A DNA stretch of 64,000 nucleotides from Candidatus Poseidoniaceae archaeon (GCA_049616955.1 JBMZIJ010000002.1:25972-89971), one strand, 5' to 3'. Numbered from the stretch's first letter, positions 29,300 to 39,919 are shown. Notes: generated by a model not told the origin, from the sequence alone. Made by a program: numbers and translations.

Positions 29300-30775
29300 A
29301 TGGGTGCTGAATGGGCCAAACACGTCGACTTGTCGTCGCCGGGGGTTGTTCGTATCAAAGCCCACAATCGCATGAAAGTCGATGCTGCAATCATTTCAAC
29401 CATGGAAGAGATCGAGAAGTATCAGGATGGTCGAGGGCCAATCCAACTCATGAACGCAACCGAACTCCCCGGTGTTGTCGGCACCGCTTGGGGAATGGCA
29501 GATTGGCATTATGGCTACGGACTGCCGATTGGAGGCGTTGTTGCAACCGATGTCGAACATGGCGAGCAGGGTGGTGCAATCTCTCCGGGTGCAGTCGGAT
29601 TTGACATTAATTGTGGCGTACGGGCAGTCGCGCTAAATTTGGAAGCGAGCGACATACCAAATCTAGAGAAATTGGCACGCCGTCTCAATGGCCGGATACC
29701 TGCCGGAGGTTCCGGAAAAGGGGGGATTGATCTAACGGAATCAAAATTAGATTTGATTCTACAAGGCGGCCTAAATGAATTGGAATCAATCGACGTCGTT
29801 CAGCATCACGCTCGTGGCACCGTTGAGTCTGATGGATCCTTTGAGGTTGAAGATCTAACGATTAGCCATCGAGCAAAGCAACGTGGAATGAGAGCCCTTG
29901 GCACCTTAGGAAGTGGAAATCACTTCCTGGAACTTCAACGCGTATCAGAAATCGTCGATAGTGATACAGCTCGAAAATGGAAATTGTCAGAGAATCAAGT
30001 CGTAGCAATGATTCACTCGGGTTCACGAGGATTAGGCCATCAAGTCTGCAGTGACCACATTCATGAATTGGAATTACGTTTGAAACAACGAGGGAATGAT
30101 TGGGTCGATGAGGAATGGGGATACGTTCTCCCTGACAGACAACTCGCATCGGCACCAATCCACTCCAAGCAGGGGCAATCTTATCTGAACGACATGAAAA
30201 CTGCGGCTAACTATGCATTTACGAACCGAGCCGTTTTGACAGATCGATTGTTCAATGGACTAAAAGCCGAACTAGGTGAAGAAATTGAACTGTCAACCCT
30301 CTACGATGTGTCCCATAACATCGCAAAAATCGAAGAACACGTCATTCACGGGAAACGATGCACATGTGCCGTTCACCGAAAAGGGGCAACAAGAGCATTC
30401 AGTGGTGACCATCATGACGTGCATGAATCCTTCCGAACAACTGGTCAACCTGTTGTGGTACCTGGTGACATGGGACGTGGCTCATGGTTGATGGCTGGAC
30501 CACAGGTTCAGCAAAATCAAGCCTTTGGAAGCGCATGTCATGGTGCTGGGCGCGCACTTTCACGTTCAGCCGCTCGACAACGAATCGATGCTGAAGGGAA
30601 GGAAAGTGAATTGCGAAGAAAGGGGATTATCGTTCAAGCCGCAACGAAGAATATTCTTTCTGAGGAAGCTCCAGAAGCGTACAAGGATGTCGATCGAGTC
30701 ATTGAGAACACCAGCAAAGCCAATCTAGCAAGACCTGTTTTGCGTCTTGAACCAATGGCTGTGATCAAAGGATAA
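29300..30775 (+). CDS. rtcB: RtcB 3'-phosphate/5'-OH RNA ligase (tRNA splicing / RNA repair)
   Basis: HYGYGLPIGGV, GFDINCG, GTLGSGNHFLE, HSGSRG, DVSHN, HRKGAT, CHGAGR, EEAPEAYKD. Confidence 0.97.
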   Translation: MGAEWAKHVDLSSPGVVRIKAHNRMKVDAAIISTMEEIEKYQDGRGPIQLMNATELPGVVGTAWGMADWHYGYGLPIGGVVATDVEHGEQGGAISPGAVGFDINCGVRAVALNLEASDIPNLEKLARRLNGRIPAGGSGKGGIDLTESKLDLILQGGLNELESIDVVQHHARGTVESDGSFEVEDLTISHRAKQRGMRALGTLGSGNHFLELQRVSEIVDSDTARKWKLSENQVVAMIHSGSRGLGHQVCSDHIHELELRLKQRGNDWVDEEWGYVLPDRQLASAPIHSKQGQSYLNDMKTAANYAFTNRAVLTDRLFNGLKAELGEEIELSTLYDVSHNIAKIEEHVIHGKRCTCAVHRKGATRAFSGDHHDVHESFRTTGQPVVVPGDMGRGSWLMAGPQVQQNQAFGSACHGAGRALSRSAARQRIDAEGKESELRRKGIIVQAATKNILSEEAPEAYKDVDRVIENTSKANLARPVLRLEPMAVIKG

Positions 30776-31003
30776 TCACATGCAAGTGTTTGCCAGTGGA
30801 TGTCCACCAGTCGGAGCAGAACCGGTATGTACTCCATCTGGTTCTTCGACGATGACCGAAAGAAGTGTGTTGACAAGTTCTTTCAATTCATCGACTTGGT
30901 TTTGTAATTCTTTGATTCGTGCCTTTGTATCGGTCTTCTTTTCAGTAGCAGTGTTCATGCAAATCCCATCCGAAGAAGTTGCCTTCTTCAGATTAAAGTT
31001 CAT
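30776..31003 (-). CDS. Small hypothetical coiled-coil protein
   Basis: Heptad pattern RIKELQNQVDELKELVNTLL. Fills the gap between rtcB and tRNA-Thr. Start uncertain (31003 or 30958). Confidence 0.6.
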   Translation of the reverse strand: MNFNLKKATSSDGICMNTATEKKTDTKARIKELQNQVDELKELVNTLLSVIVEEPDGVHTGSAPTGGHPLANTCM

Positions 31004-31058
31004 CTCGACATCTCTTAATGTTTGTTGAACAAATTGAACTCTTGAAACGATTTGAGGA

Positions 31059-31133
31059 TGGAGCCACCGGCGAGGATCGAACTCGCGACCTCCTCATTAC
31101 CAATGAGGTGCTATACCACTAAGCCACGGTGGC
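31059..31133 (-). tRNA. tRNA-Thr(GGT), CCA encoded, no intron
   Basis: GCCACCG acceptor stem, anticodon arm CCTCA-TTGGTAA-TGAGG, GTTCGA T-loop. TTATAT box at 31159-31164. Confidence 0.96.
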
Positions 31134-31205
31134 GGCGTCCATGCCACCAAGCATTTCGATATAACCGCTTCGCGTCCTCCCAAAATAGGACACTTGAGTC
31201 TAAGT

Positions 31206-31291
31206 TGGCGCCGAGAGAGAGATTTGAACTCCCGAGGGACGGGCCCACGCGATTTCCAGTCGCGCGCACTACCAGGCTATGCGATCTCGGC
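31206..31291 (-). tRNA. tRNA-Ser(GGA), long variable arm, CCA encoded
   Basis: GCCGAGA acceptor stem, anticodon arm CGCGA-CTGGAAA-TCGCG, variable arm GGG-CCCGT-CCC, GTTCAA T-loop. Confidence 0.95.
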
Positions 31292-31378
31292 TCGCAAATC
31301 AGCCCAACCATCATCAGGGTTTAACGCTCTCGCTTGTCACTGTTGCAACGCAAGAACCTCAAAGGGGGACGTTTACGG

Positions 31379-32305
31379 ATGGGCATGGACGGTGGGGAAT
31401 CAACGACCCATGACGCATCCCATGATGCCTTGCCATTTCGCTTAACGGACGTTCATGTCCAACCGAAATTCTTTGATTTTCACCCGAGTATACCCCAGAT
31501 TCGAAAAGAATTAATGTTCCAGTGGAGATTGATACGTACGGATTGGAATCAGCAATTCACAATTGCCATGATTTCGGCAATCCTTGCGGTCTTACTCGGT
31601 GCGCTCAATGCCGACGTCTTTGATGGAGGAAACGCCAAGATTGCTGGACTGGAAGGCCTTCAAGTTGCAGGAAGTACAGCCTATTTCCAAATGGTTGTTT
31701 CCTTGCTCTGTTGGGGTTGGTTCTTGTTTTTATTGATTCAATTGTTCCCTATCATGCGCACACACACAATCACACTTCTCCTGATTTGGGGAGGTTTTGG
31801 AATAGCACAAGTCTTCTTCCATTCAACCAACAAGGATTTCCCAGTTGGACTTTCCCTCTCAGATATGATGGGAGGATTCCTCATCACACTTGTGTGTGTG
31901 TTCTTCTTGTACTTCTTTGTCAAAGCCGTGCGTGAGACAAGAGACTTGCATGTCGAAACACACCACTTGCATGAGGATGTACGAGTGATGGAAGAAGCGA
32001 TGTTAGAACACTCTCTTCGAGGATGGGTTTTGCTTTGTGTCTCATGGGCGGGCTTGGCAATGCTGAGCGCTTGGAGTGGATCACAATACATTGCTGAGCG
32101 AACTGGTTCACGAACGTGGGCTCTTACATTGCACATATTGTTTTCAATTCTTACCATCCCGCTTCTGATGTGGACACTTTGGTTTCCACAGAAAATGCTT
32201 GGAAACGAAGCACGTGTACGTACCAAGGCCGCAGTCTCAGCAGATGAAGATTTGATGAGTAAAGCAGAATTGATTGAAGTTTCACCTGACAAGGAGGCAT
32301 GGTAA
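31379..32305 (+). CDS. Hypothetical membrane protein (~6 TM)
   Basis: Hydrophobic segments. Stop overlaps the sufS start (TAATG). Confidence 0.75.
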   Translation: MGMDGGESTTHDASHDALPFRLTDVHVQPKFFDFHPSIPQIRKELMFQWRLIRTDWNQQFTIAMISAILAVLLGALNADVFDGGNAKIAGLEGLQVAGSTAYFQMVVSLLCWGWFLFLLIQLFPIMRTHTITLLLIWGGFGIAQVFFHSTNKDFPVGLSLSDMMGGFLITLVCVFFLYFFVKAVRETRDLHVETHHLHEDVRVMEEAMLEHSLRGWVLLCVSWAGLAMLSAWSGSQYIAERTGSRTWALTLHILFSILTIPLLMWTLWFPQKMLGNEARVRTKAAVSADEDLMSKAELIEVSPDKEAW

Positions 32306-33522
32306 TGGATTTGAAGAAACGACGTGAAGATTTTCCCGCCTTGTGTGAAGAGAATCCAGTTGCCTATCTTGACAATGCCTGCGTTACGTTGCGACCGCAT
32401 TCAGTAATCAACGCAATTTCAGATTACTACACCAAAACACCAGGATGTGGTGGGCGCTCTGTACACCGATTCGGAACAACAGTATCGAAAACCATTGCTC
32501 AATCACGATCCACACTTAGCAAATTTTTCAATGCCCCATCCGTGAATGAAATCGTCTTCACAAGAAACGCTACGCACAGCTTAAATCAAGTTGCGAAAGG
32601 CTTGTCATGGTCAAAGGGGGACGTCATTCTAACCACGGATCGTGAACACAATTCCAACCTCGTTCCTTGGCTACAACTCGAACAAGAGCAGGGTGTTGAT
32701 CACCGAGTCGTGCCTTCAAATACAGACAATACATTTGATTTGGAGGCATTCGAAAACATGTGTGCTGATGCAGGAAATCAACTACGTATGGTCTCCGTCA
32801 GCCAAGTTGGCAATCTTGATGGAATCGAAACGCCCATCAAGGAAATCACCAAAATTGCCAAGGATTTCGATGCACTTGTCTGTGTTGATGGTGCTCAATC
32901 AGCACCGCATATGCCTGTTGATGTACAAGAAATGGGGATCGATTTCTTTGCATTTTCAATCCATAAAATGCTTGGACCCTCAGGAATGGGTGGCCTTTGG
33001 GGGAGAGAGGAACTACTCAATTCGATGCGTACAATTCAATCTGGGGGTCAAACAGTCAAAACATCGACCTATGATGGGGTCGAGTGGGCTACAACACCTT
33101 CAAAGTTTGAAGGTGGTTTAGGTCATTTTGCAGGAATGATGGCCACAGGTGCTGCTATTGATTACTTGTCCACGTTGGATATGAACCATGTTCATGAACA
33201 CGAAATCCATCTCAACCGAATCATGTCTGATGGTGTCAAAGATTTAGATGGCGTTTCAATTATTGGGCCAGAAGATGCAGCAAAACGTGGTGGCATCTGT
33301 TCACTACTACTTGATGAAAAGTTGCCTGCACACGATATCGCCCTTCTCCTTGACGAAGTTTCAGGCGTAATGGTTCGTTCTGGACAACACTGCGTCCATT
33401 CATGGTTTAATGACAGAGGATACAATGGCTCATTAAGGGCATCTGCTTACTTCTACAACACTGAAGAGGACGTCCGACGATTTGTTGATACATTTTCTGA
33501 GGCTGTTGAAGCATTCCAATGA
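32305..33522 (+). CDS. sufS: Cysteine desulfurase, SufS/Csd type (class V aminotransferase)
   Basis: YLDNAC, EHNSNLVPW, VDGAQSAPH, FSIHKMLGPSG, catalytic RSGQHC. GGAGG SD at 32293-32297. Confidence 0.88.
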   Translation: MDLKKRREDFPALCEENPVAYLDNACVTLRPHSVINAISDYYTKTPGCGGRSVHRFGTTVSKTIAQSRSTLSKFFNAPSVNEIVFTRNATHSLNQVAKGLSWSKGDVILTTDREHNSNLVPWLQLEQEQGVDHRVVPSNTDNTFDLEAFENMCADAGNQLRMVSVSQVGNLDGIETPIKEITKIAKDFDALVCVDGAQSAPHMPVDVQEMGIDFFAFSIHKMLGPSGMGGLWGREELLNSMRTIQSGGQTVKTSTYDGVEWATTPSKFEGGLGHFAGMMATGAAIDYLSTLDMNHVHEHEIHLNRIMSDGVKDLDGVSIIGPEDAAKRGGICSLLLDEKLPAHDIALLLDEVSGVMVRSGQHCVHSWFNDRGYNGSLRASAYFYNTEEDVRRFVDTFSEAVEAFQ

Positions 33523-33531
33523 GGGTCAAGA

Positions 33532-34668
33532 ATGACAGACGACCATGGTGATGCTGGTCCAACTCAAACGCTCTCATCGCAATTGGAAAAAGATCTCGAA
33601 GTTGTTCGCCGCATCGTCAGTGTAACGATGGGAGCTCTCCTCATACTCGTTGCAGGATTTGCATACAACATCATTGTTGGAGATGGACTCACCTTCGTCA
33701 AACCGAGTGAATCGCTGATTGAATCCGAAAAATCATACAAAGAACTCATCAATCTCCCAAGTGAGTACTCTGGTGCGGGCGTCGATGTCTGCATTGTCGA
33801 CACTGGATTTGAATTGAATCATCCAGACCTCGAAAACTTCGAAGTCGCTGGATGGATTGATGTGGTTCAAGGAAAATCAAATCCTTACGATGACAATGGT
33901 CATGGGACAAACATGGCAGGTATCCTTGTTGCAGATGGTTGGATCAATGGTGTTGCTAAGGATGTCAATCTCTACGTAGCAAAATCCTTGTTGGCCAATG
34001 GGTCTGGATATGAGGAGGATGTTGTAGCTGGAATCGATTGGTGTATCAATCAAAACGTCAACATCATCTCACTTTCCCTCGGAGGCGGACAAGATTTGTT
34101 TCCGTTTTTGGGCTCTTCCGGACGAACCATCGAGGACTCCGTTAATGATGCAACAGCTCGCGGTATTTTTGTCATCGCTGCTGCTGGAAATGATGGAGAT
34201 GACGACGATGGAGATGTCGCTTCACCAGGTAGTGAGCGCAGAGTGATTTGTGTTGGTGGCGTGACCCCAAATGGCAGCCCATGGGTGAAATCATCAATAG
34301 GGGATAATGGATTTCGTGACACTTGGCCATTTGTTCCACGAAATGATCCCGACAAGAAACCAGAACTTGTGGCACCAGCCGTTGAAGTTCCAGTGCTTAA
34401 TACGCAAGGAACGTGGTCTTCTGCAAGTGGAACAAGCGCAGCAACGGTCTACGTAACTGGAGCGTTAGCACTTCTTCTCGAAGCACATCCCGAACTGGCA
34501 AGTAATGGCACTGATGGGGATGTTTCGACGATTGATCAGGTCAAGGATTGGATTATGCAAACGGTTCAACCCAAATACGGACAAACCGATCACGACGACA
34601 AGTATGGGTACGGCCTCCTCGATATCGAAGCATTGATCCAATTGGCTGACGATGAGTCTAGCGCTTGA
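33532..34668 (+). CDS. S8 serine peptidase with an N-terminal membrane anchor
   Basis: IVDTG / NGHGT / AAAGND / SGTSAAT, KPELVAP, YGYG. Confidence 0.9.
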   Translation: MTDDHGDAGPTQTLSSQLEKDLEVVRRIVSVTMGALLILVAGFAYNIIVGDGLTFVKPSESLIESEKSYKELINLPSEYSGAGVDVCIVDTGFELNHPDLENFEVAGWIDVVQGKSNPYDDNGHGTNMAGILVADGWINGVAKDVNLYVAKSLLANGSGYEEDVVAGIDWCINQNVNIISLSLGGGQDLFPFLGSSGRTIEDSVNDATARGIFVIAAAGNDGDDDDGDVASPGSERRVICVGGVTPNGSPWVKSSIGDNGFRDTWPFVPRNDPDKKPELVAPAVEVPVLNTQGTWSSASGTSAATVYVTGALALLLEAHPELASNGTDGDVSTIDQVKDWIMQTVQPKYGQTDHDDKYGYGLLDIEALIQLADDESSA

Positions 34669-35374
34669 AAAAAGCAACAATTGTCCCCCCAAAGAGAGGG
34701 ACGAAAGCCACATGATGCGTCTCCTGAATTGATTGAATCAATTCAATCCATGCATTGAAACCGTCAACCTTTGCCTTCCCATCCTCATCGAGTTCATCGT
34801 ACTCACCGACTGGAGTTTCAGGCTCTGTTGTGTAGAGGACTCCGTTATTGGAAAGCAGTTCCATAGCGGATTGCAAATCGTTTGAGAGACGCGCAAGTGG
34901 TGCATCAACAATGATTGCATCGTACTGTTCTGCAAGCCTTCGCTCATCTGCACCAACACCAGATGCTGTTGTCAATTTCCATGCTTTTTCTTCGGCACAA
35001 AGTGCTGCAAAGTCATTGACGATGATGTTCGACCATGAGGATGCATCGTATCTCGTCAACAGGCGATGAAGAATGACCCCAAACTTCGCACCTTGCTCGA
35101 CAATATCATACCTCTGAATTGGATGTTGATTGAACAAATCGTACAACCAGGCTGAACGGTGACCAATACTTCCACCGACCTCAAGCACAGTCTTCGGCTC
35201 TTGACGACCAATTGCATCACGTAGTCGGCGAAGAACCGAAATTGACCATGTTGACAAGCCCATGTGTTCGAGTTGTGTCGCAATATTTGCTGCAATTTCT
35301 GGCTCATCACGGGAACGTTCATGATCAGCATTCAGTAAACTCGGTAGGATTTGATCTCGGCCTACCTCGCTCAT
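34658..35374 (-). CDS. Hypothetical protein with class I SAM-dependent methyltransferase-like fold
   Basis: PKTVLEVGGSIG, YDIVE, YDAIIVDA, LLSNNGVL. Confidence 0.7.
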   Translation of the reverse strand: MSEVGRDQILPSLLNADHERSRDEPEIAANIATQLEHMGLSTWSISVLRRLRDAIGRQEPKTVLEVGGSIGHRSAWLYDLFNQHPIQRYDIVEQGAKFGVILHRLLTRYDASSWSNIIVNDFAALCAEEKAWKLTTASGVGADERRLAEQYDAIIVDAPLARLSNDLQSAMELLSNNGVLYTTEPETPVGEYDELDEDGKAKVDGFNAWIELIQSIQETHHVAFVPLFGGTIVAFFKR

Positions 35375-35459
35375 GGTAATGCCTCGATGACCGTTTGTTT
35401 TGAACACTGTGCCGAAACCACATGCGGTGGATTGAAAGGGGGAGCCCATCGAGCGCACC

Positions 35460-36239
35460 ATGAGAACCATGGATGATGACTTCTATGACGAGGACTTCGA
35501 AGATGATGAAGTCATCGAGAATGCGGTTCTATGTCCTACGTGTGAGGATGTAACTGGGCATCAAATTCTCAAAGAAAAAGAGATTGGCCGAGGTAAAGAT
35601 TACCTCCTCCGCTGCGAATCCTGTTCCACTGTTCATGAAATACAATTCAGGGCACCTCCACTCAAGCGCGTACCTTTCATGCTTACCGATGGCCCCAAAT
35701 CTTACATGGCTACAATCGACCTTGATTCTGATGAATGGCTCGAACTTGATGATGTCTTCGAACACGATGAAATGGCATGGAGAATTACTCGATTGGAATC
35801 AGAAAAAGGTTCGGTCGATGAAATAGAAGCAGTGAATCTCGTACGAGCTGTTGCTCTTCGTCAAGACATGCTTCGAGTAAAGATTACGAAGACTCGTGGA
35901 GAATTCTCTACACCTGATGTACTTATTGTTGAAGAAGGTACAACATTCAAAGCCGGTACGATCATTGATATTGGCGTTCAAACCTGGCGCATACGAGCAA
36001 TACACACGGGAGAAGGTCGCACGCTTCGAGGGACTGTTGATGCATCCAAGATCAAGCGTATGTACTTGCACGAACCACCTCGCCCAGAACGATTCGAACC
36101 GAAAACGCCTCGAGAGCGACGTCAAGCATGGAAGGAAGGTCGTCTTGGATTCAATCCAAACCCAATCCTTCCGAAGGAACACATCAAAAAGCGTGTTAAG
36201 CCTACAAACAAGCGGAAGAAAAAGAAAGCCCGCAAGTGA
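35460..36239 (+). CDS. Archaeal zinc-finger protein (HVO_0476-like family)
   Basis: CPTC..H..LKE..LLRCESCSTVH, duplicated beta segments (WRITRLE / WRIRAIH), basic tail. Confidence 0.8.
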   Translation: MRTMDDDFYDEDFEDDEVIENAVLCPTCEDVTGHQILKEKEIGRGKDYLLRCESCSTVHEIQFRAPPLKRVPFMLTDGPKSYMATIDLDSDEWLELDDVFEHDEMAWRITRLESEKGSVDEIEAVNLVRAVALRQDMLRVKITKTRGEFSTPDVLIVEEGTTFKAGTIIDIGVQTWRIRAIHTGEGRTLRGTVDASKIKRMYLHEPPRPERFEPKTPRERRQAWKEGRLGFNPNPILPKEHIKKRVKPTNKRKKKKARK

Positions 36240-37208
36240 TCAAGGTCGGTTGGTCCAAGGCATCAGAAATGCCTTGGCAATTTGGAGACCAATCGTTGGA
36301 TTTTCTTGCAATCGACGAATGCTGTATTCGTACCATTTTTCCCCGTATGGAATATAGACGCGAGTACGATGACCTTGTTTTGTCAATTTTCTTCGCATCG
36401 GACCTCGAACCCCGAGCAACATTTGGAATTCATATCCTGGGCCTTTTCCATTTCTGGGCTCACCTGCATTGTCCCGAGGATCGTCAATTGAGGGACCCAT
36501 CTTGAATTCCTTCAGAACCTCAAGGGAGTAATCAACGACAGGAACATCATGGGATGCAATTCCGACATATGCACCGTGCTCCAACGCCTTGCGTATTGCT
36601 TCATTGGTTTTCTCACGTATGTCTGAACGAGAGGTGTATGCAATCTCTTCCGGCTCCAAATAGATTCCTTTGCAGATTCGATAGTCTGCATTTGAGCCAA
36701 TTGCAACACCAACGCTTTCGATATCATCTGGAGTTCGATGAAGACGTCCCTGAAGCACAGTTCCAACATTCGTCAATCCCTTTTCATGCAAGTCGAGGAC
36801 AACTTGAATTGTTTCTGTCGTAACGCGATGATCCTCCATATCGAGGCGAACGAACATATCATGTGTTGCCGCTTGTCGAACAAGGGACTCAATGTTCTCC
36901 ATTCCTTTGTCCTTATCGATGAGCAGACCAAAAGCTGTTGGTTTGATGGAGAGGTTTGCGTCAAATTTATTCTCAACAATTGCATTCATCACACGAACGT
37001 ATTCGTCGAGAAAGAATTGTGCCTCATCCAGCGAGGAGATTTCTTCTCCAAGAACATCGATGGTAAAGCAGGCTCCTTCAGATTCGAGACGTTTCATCAC
37101 TGCAACTGCGTCCTTGAGTGTCGAACCGGCGACGTATCGTCTTGAAACCCAGCGAACAAACCAACGAGGCATGCGTAATGTCATTGCCACGATGAGTTTT
37201 GACAGCAT
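36240..37208 (-). CDS. Monofunctional proline dehydrogenase
   Basis: RRYVAG, DVLGE, LSIKPT, RLDMED, RICKGIY, IASHD, EFQMLLGVR, VYIPYG, RRLQENP. Confidence 0.95.
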   Translation of the reverse strand: MLSKLIVAMTLRMPRWFVRWVSRRYVAGSTLKDAVAVMKRLESEGACFTIDVLGEEISSLDEAQFFLDEYVRVMNAIVENKFDANLSIKPTAFGLLIDKDKGMENIESLVRQAATHDMFVRLDMEDHRVTTETIQVVLDLHEKGLTNVGTVLQGRLHRTPDDIESVGVAIGSNADYRICKGIYLEPEEIAYTSRSDIREKTNEAIRKALEHGAYVGIASHDVPVVDYSLEVLKEFKMGPSIDDPRDNAGEPRNGKGPGYEFQMLLGVRGPMRRKLTKQGHRTRVYIPYGEKWYEYSIRRLQENPTIGLQIAKAFLMPWTNRP

Positions 37209-37225
37209 GACTTAGCCACCTCATG

Positions 37226-38182
37226 TCATTGGCCTGCTTGGCATCCTTTGACCATTTCCAAAAACGCATTAGTTCGAACGACTTCAATGCCAACGGATTC
37301 CAAATGCTCGTAAATCAATTGACGTTGCCATCCTTTGAATGATTTTTTTTCAACATTACAGACGACTTTTCCTCCCGGGAATGCCTTTTTTGTGGAAGAG
37401 AGCGCAGCATCGATGGATTGTTTCCAAAGAAGACCTGGGTCTTCTTGAGAACCAAACGGGAGTGAATGATTGGCCAACATGTGGCCAAGCCAGACGTTCT
37501 CTTCGAGTGCTAATTTGTTCGCTTTTGGAGCATAATGGCCTCCTCCTAAAGTCATCAGAACAGGTTCACCAATGTTCGTTGAAGTCCACGCTGAATTGGA
37601 AAAGTTGTTCTCAAAACCGAGGCCTTCACCAATGATCTCGGCAAGAAGTTTCGCCGCCTCCTCATTCGGCCAATAAGGTTCAGTTGAACCAACTTCAATG
37701 AACAGAGCTGGAACATCAAGAATTGGTCCATGGTGCGTCACCTCAAGTGAGAGAGAAAATTCCGGAATGGCTCTCTTTTCCCATTTCTTGTGAAGTAGTC
37801 TCCACCATGAAGCAATTCGAGGATTGGGTGGAGGTGCAAATCCGGAACGTCCCCCGAAAGGAGGTTCTTCTTCAATCGGGTGATGTGGAACGCCAATCGG
37901 ATGCAATGTGAGACAAGGTTGACCGCTGACTGCAGCATGCCTTGATGGAAAAATCACCTCAGTAACATTCTCTCCTGTTGCATTGCACCAGCGCTGGTCG
38001 AGATGATCTTCCCATAGAATCCGTTTCGGTAAGAACCACATGCGAACGTTGCCAATGGCATACGATGGATGCGTTTCGACATCATCTCGCTGTTCCCAAG
38101 GATTGTTCTCAAGGAGGAACTTTGCTTGGTTGGTGGAGGCGATGTCATCACCGTTCACTGCGATGAGGACGACTTCCGCCAT
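37226..38182 (-). CDS. dtdA: D-aminoacyl-tRNA deacylase, archaeal DTD2 type
   Basis: FPSRH, LTLHPIG, EVTHHGP, FIEVGSTE..W, LGGGHYAPK. Confidence 0.92.
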   Translation of the reverse strand: MAEVVLIAVNGDDIASTNQAKFLLENNPWEQRDDVETHPSYAIGNVRMWFLPKRILWEDHLDQRWCNATGENVTEVIFPSRHAAVSGQPCLTLHPIGVPHHPIEEEPPFGGRSGFAPPPNPRIASWWRLLHKKWEKRAIPEFSLSLEVTHHGPILDVPALFIEVGSTEPYWPNEEAAKLLAEIIGEGLGFENNFSNSAWTSTNIGEPVLMTLGGGHYAPKANKLALEENVWLGHMLANHSLPFGSQEDPGLLWKQSIDAALSSTKKAFPGGKVVCNVEKKSFKGWQRQLIYEHLESVGIEVVRTNAFLEMVKGCQAGQ

Positions 38183-38249
38183 GATTGAACCCAAGGGAAG
38201 CCACTTCTTCAAAGCGAGTATTGACAAAGAACCTCTTCATCCTGATTAC

Positions 38250-39194
38250 ATGGGCGGGAAAGGAGAGTCAATTCAACTTCCATTTCGCACTCTAAAAATC
38301 ATCGAGACGCCGGAGGTTCAAGGCGTTCATGCGATTGCAATTGGCGTCGATGGTGAACTTTGTCGGCTCGACGAGGATTGGAGTCCAATTGAAGCCTATG
38401 CAAGGCCGTTCCCTATGTCGATCCAACATGCTATCGTTGTGGGCGATGTTCTCATTGCCACGTGGATCGATCGAGAACTTATGTTGGCAAGAATGGGTTG
38501 TATGCCTCTTGACAAACCTTTCAGAAACGGTGTTGAGCGAGGCGATTTACGAATTGCTCGAGAACTTGAACATGCGATCCTTCCAGAGGGGGCTGTATGG
38601 GCTCATGTACTCGATGCGGAACCTCTTGCTTTGACAGGAATGGATGATGGGTTTGCTTTTGTCTTGTGGAATCGAGGGATTTACGCCTTCGATGTCACTG
38701 GAGTCGAGCGGTGGAGAGCGTCGCCGCCAGAATGGCCAGAACTATCGCACCTACCCATGAGTCAGGAAACTGTGGCTCTCCTTGAAACAACGTCGACCAT
38801 CGAAGTCTGGTCAAGGGCGGGTGGATGCTTACGACTCTCAAAATCAAATGGTTCCAAAATTGGCAGCGCTCATTTTGAACTCGAAGGAGGACTTTCAAAC
38901 GTGTATGGAACCGAAACGGAACGGCTCCTTTTGCTCAGTGATGGTCGCTGTTACCAGTACAGGGATGGCGCAAGGGTTGCCGATCTTTCAACAAAAGGTC
39001 CTATTCAACATGCTTTGAGAATGAATCAAGAATTCTGGGTTCTATCTGGATGGCGAGAAGAGATTGCTCTTCGCAATACTGGTGTTGAAGTCTTGAAACA
39101 GGACGAAGTTGTCGTTCAACATTTGGTAAACGATGAGCAACTTTGGCTGCTCACAAATGATGGATACTTGCATCATTCATTCTTGACGGAGTAG
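38250..39194 (+). CDS. Hypothetical protein, possibly beta-propeller
   Basis: Beta-rich repeats resembling PQQ-like blades ([25 protein letters not shown]). Confidence 0.65.
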   Translation: MGGKGESIQLPFRTLKIIETPEVQGVHAIAIGVDGELCRLDEDWSPIEAYARPFPMSIQHAIVVGDVLIATWIDRELMLARMGCMPLDKPFRNGVERGDLRIARELEHAILPEGAVWAHVLDAEPLALTGMDDGFAFVLWNRGIYAFDVTGVERWRASPPEWPELSHLPMSQETVALLETTSTIEVWSRAGGCLRLSKSNGSKIGSAHFELEGGLSNVYGTETERLLLLSDGRCYQYRDGARVADLSTKGPIQHALRMNQEFWVLSGWREEIALRNTGVEVLKQDEVVVQHLVNDEQLWLLTNDGYLHHSFLTE

Positions 39195-39343
39195 CCACAG
39201 CGACCACATGTCTTGCGGTCAGAGTGTGCTCCAAGGAAGACACCTGGCCCACAGTTCGGACAGTGCTCGGCTTTACGCTCGAGTGTACCGTCATCAGAAA
39301 TCGAATACTTCGACCACTTTGCTTTTGGATTTGGTTCTCCCAT
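39173..39343 (-). CDS. rps27ae: 30S ribosomal protein S27ae (eS31)
   Basis: Hand translation [56 protein letters not shown]. Below the ORF-track length cutoff; follows rps24e. Confidence 0.95.
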   Translation of the reverse strand: MGEPNPKAKWSKYSISDDGTLERKAEHCPNCGPGVFLGAHSDRKTCGRCGYSVKNE

Positions 39344-39696
39344 CATTCACCACCGTCCTCTGTTTCTTCAGCAACCTCTTCTGTTGCTTCTTCAGCAGTT
39401 TCCTCTGCTGCATTGCCACTTCGGAATCCTTTGTGACGCTCGTGAATGTATTCTGGCTCAACTTTCATGGCTTCAGCATTCTCGTAAATAAACGCCTGAC
39501 CGGTTGTGAGCGCTTGTCCGTACCGAGTCTTGCAGTTCTTGACAACAATGTAATCTGGGTTTGAGCCTGGTTCAAGCGTTTTCACGAGATCCATAATCTC
39601 CTTCTTCGAAGGTGTTTTCGAACCTTTGTGGCTCCACTTAAAATCGATTTCAACTCGGTTGAGAAGTTTGTTTTCTGTTCGGTTTACAATGTCCAT
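39343..39696 (-). CDS. rps24e: 30S ribosomal protein S24e (eS24)
   Basis: [25 protein letters not shown], acidic tail. GGAGG SD. Confidence 0.95.
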   Translation of the reverse strand: MDIVNRTENKLLNRVEIDFKWSHKGSKTPSKKEIMDLVKTLEPGSNPDYIVVKNCKTRYGQALTTGQAFIYENAEAMKVEPEYIHERHKGFRSGNAAEETAEEATEEVAEETEDGGE

Positions 39697-39709
39697 GTGT
39701 TCGTCCTCC

Positions 39710-39919
39710 TTATCGGATGTTTACTTTCAATGCGTAGTGACCTGGTTGGTCGATGTTTAATCGCTCAGCTATCTCTGAGCGTGAAGGGTTCATGATGATG
39801 ACATAACCTTGCCAATCTGAGGTCGTTTGGGCGGAAGGATGACGTGGACATTGATCAACTCCATCCTGTAGGATAAGTCCACAATCACCGCAAGCGAATG
39901 GATTTTTTGCCATGTTCAC
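39710..39919 (-). CDS. spt4: Transcription elongation factor Spt4 (RpoE'')
   Basis: ACGDC..CP, DWQGYVIIMNPSRSEIAERLNI..PG.YALKV. Confidence 0.95.
   Translation of the reverse strand: MNMAKNPFACGDCGLILQDGVDQCPRHPSAQTTSDWQGYVIIMNPSRSEIAERLNIDQPGHYALKVNIR

Noticed and set aside
29197..29403. Apparent head-to-head overlap of the alaS and rtcB ORFs (similar overlaps at valS/MMPL, dtdA, gap)
   Set aside because: Artefact of taking the longest ORF. Realistic starts with SD or promoter signals lie downstream and remove the overlaps.
31025..31048. Three closely spaced TTGAA(C) units upstream of the small coiled-coil gene
   Set aside because: TTGAA/TTCAA is very common in this sequence. It cannot be separated from promoter-like or chance occurrence without statistics.
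31004..31330. tRNA-Thr/tRNA-Ser as integration sites, or intron-containing tRNAs next to rtcB
   Set aside because: No integrase, no duplicated tRNA 3' end seen elsewhere in the window, and both tRNAs fold without introns.
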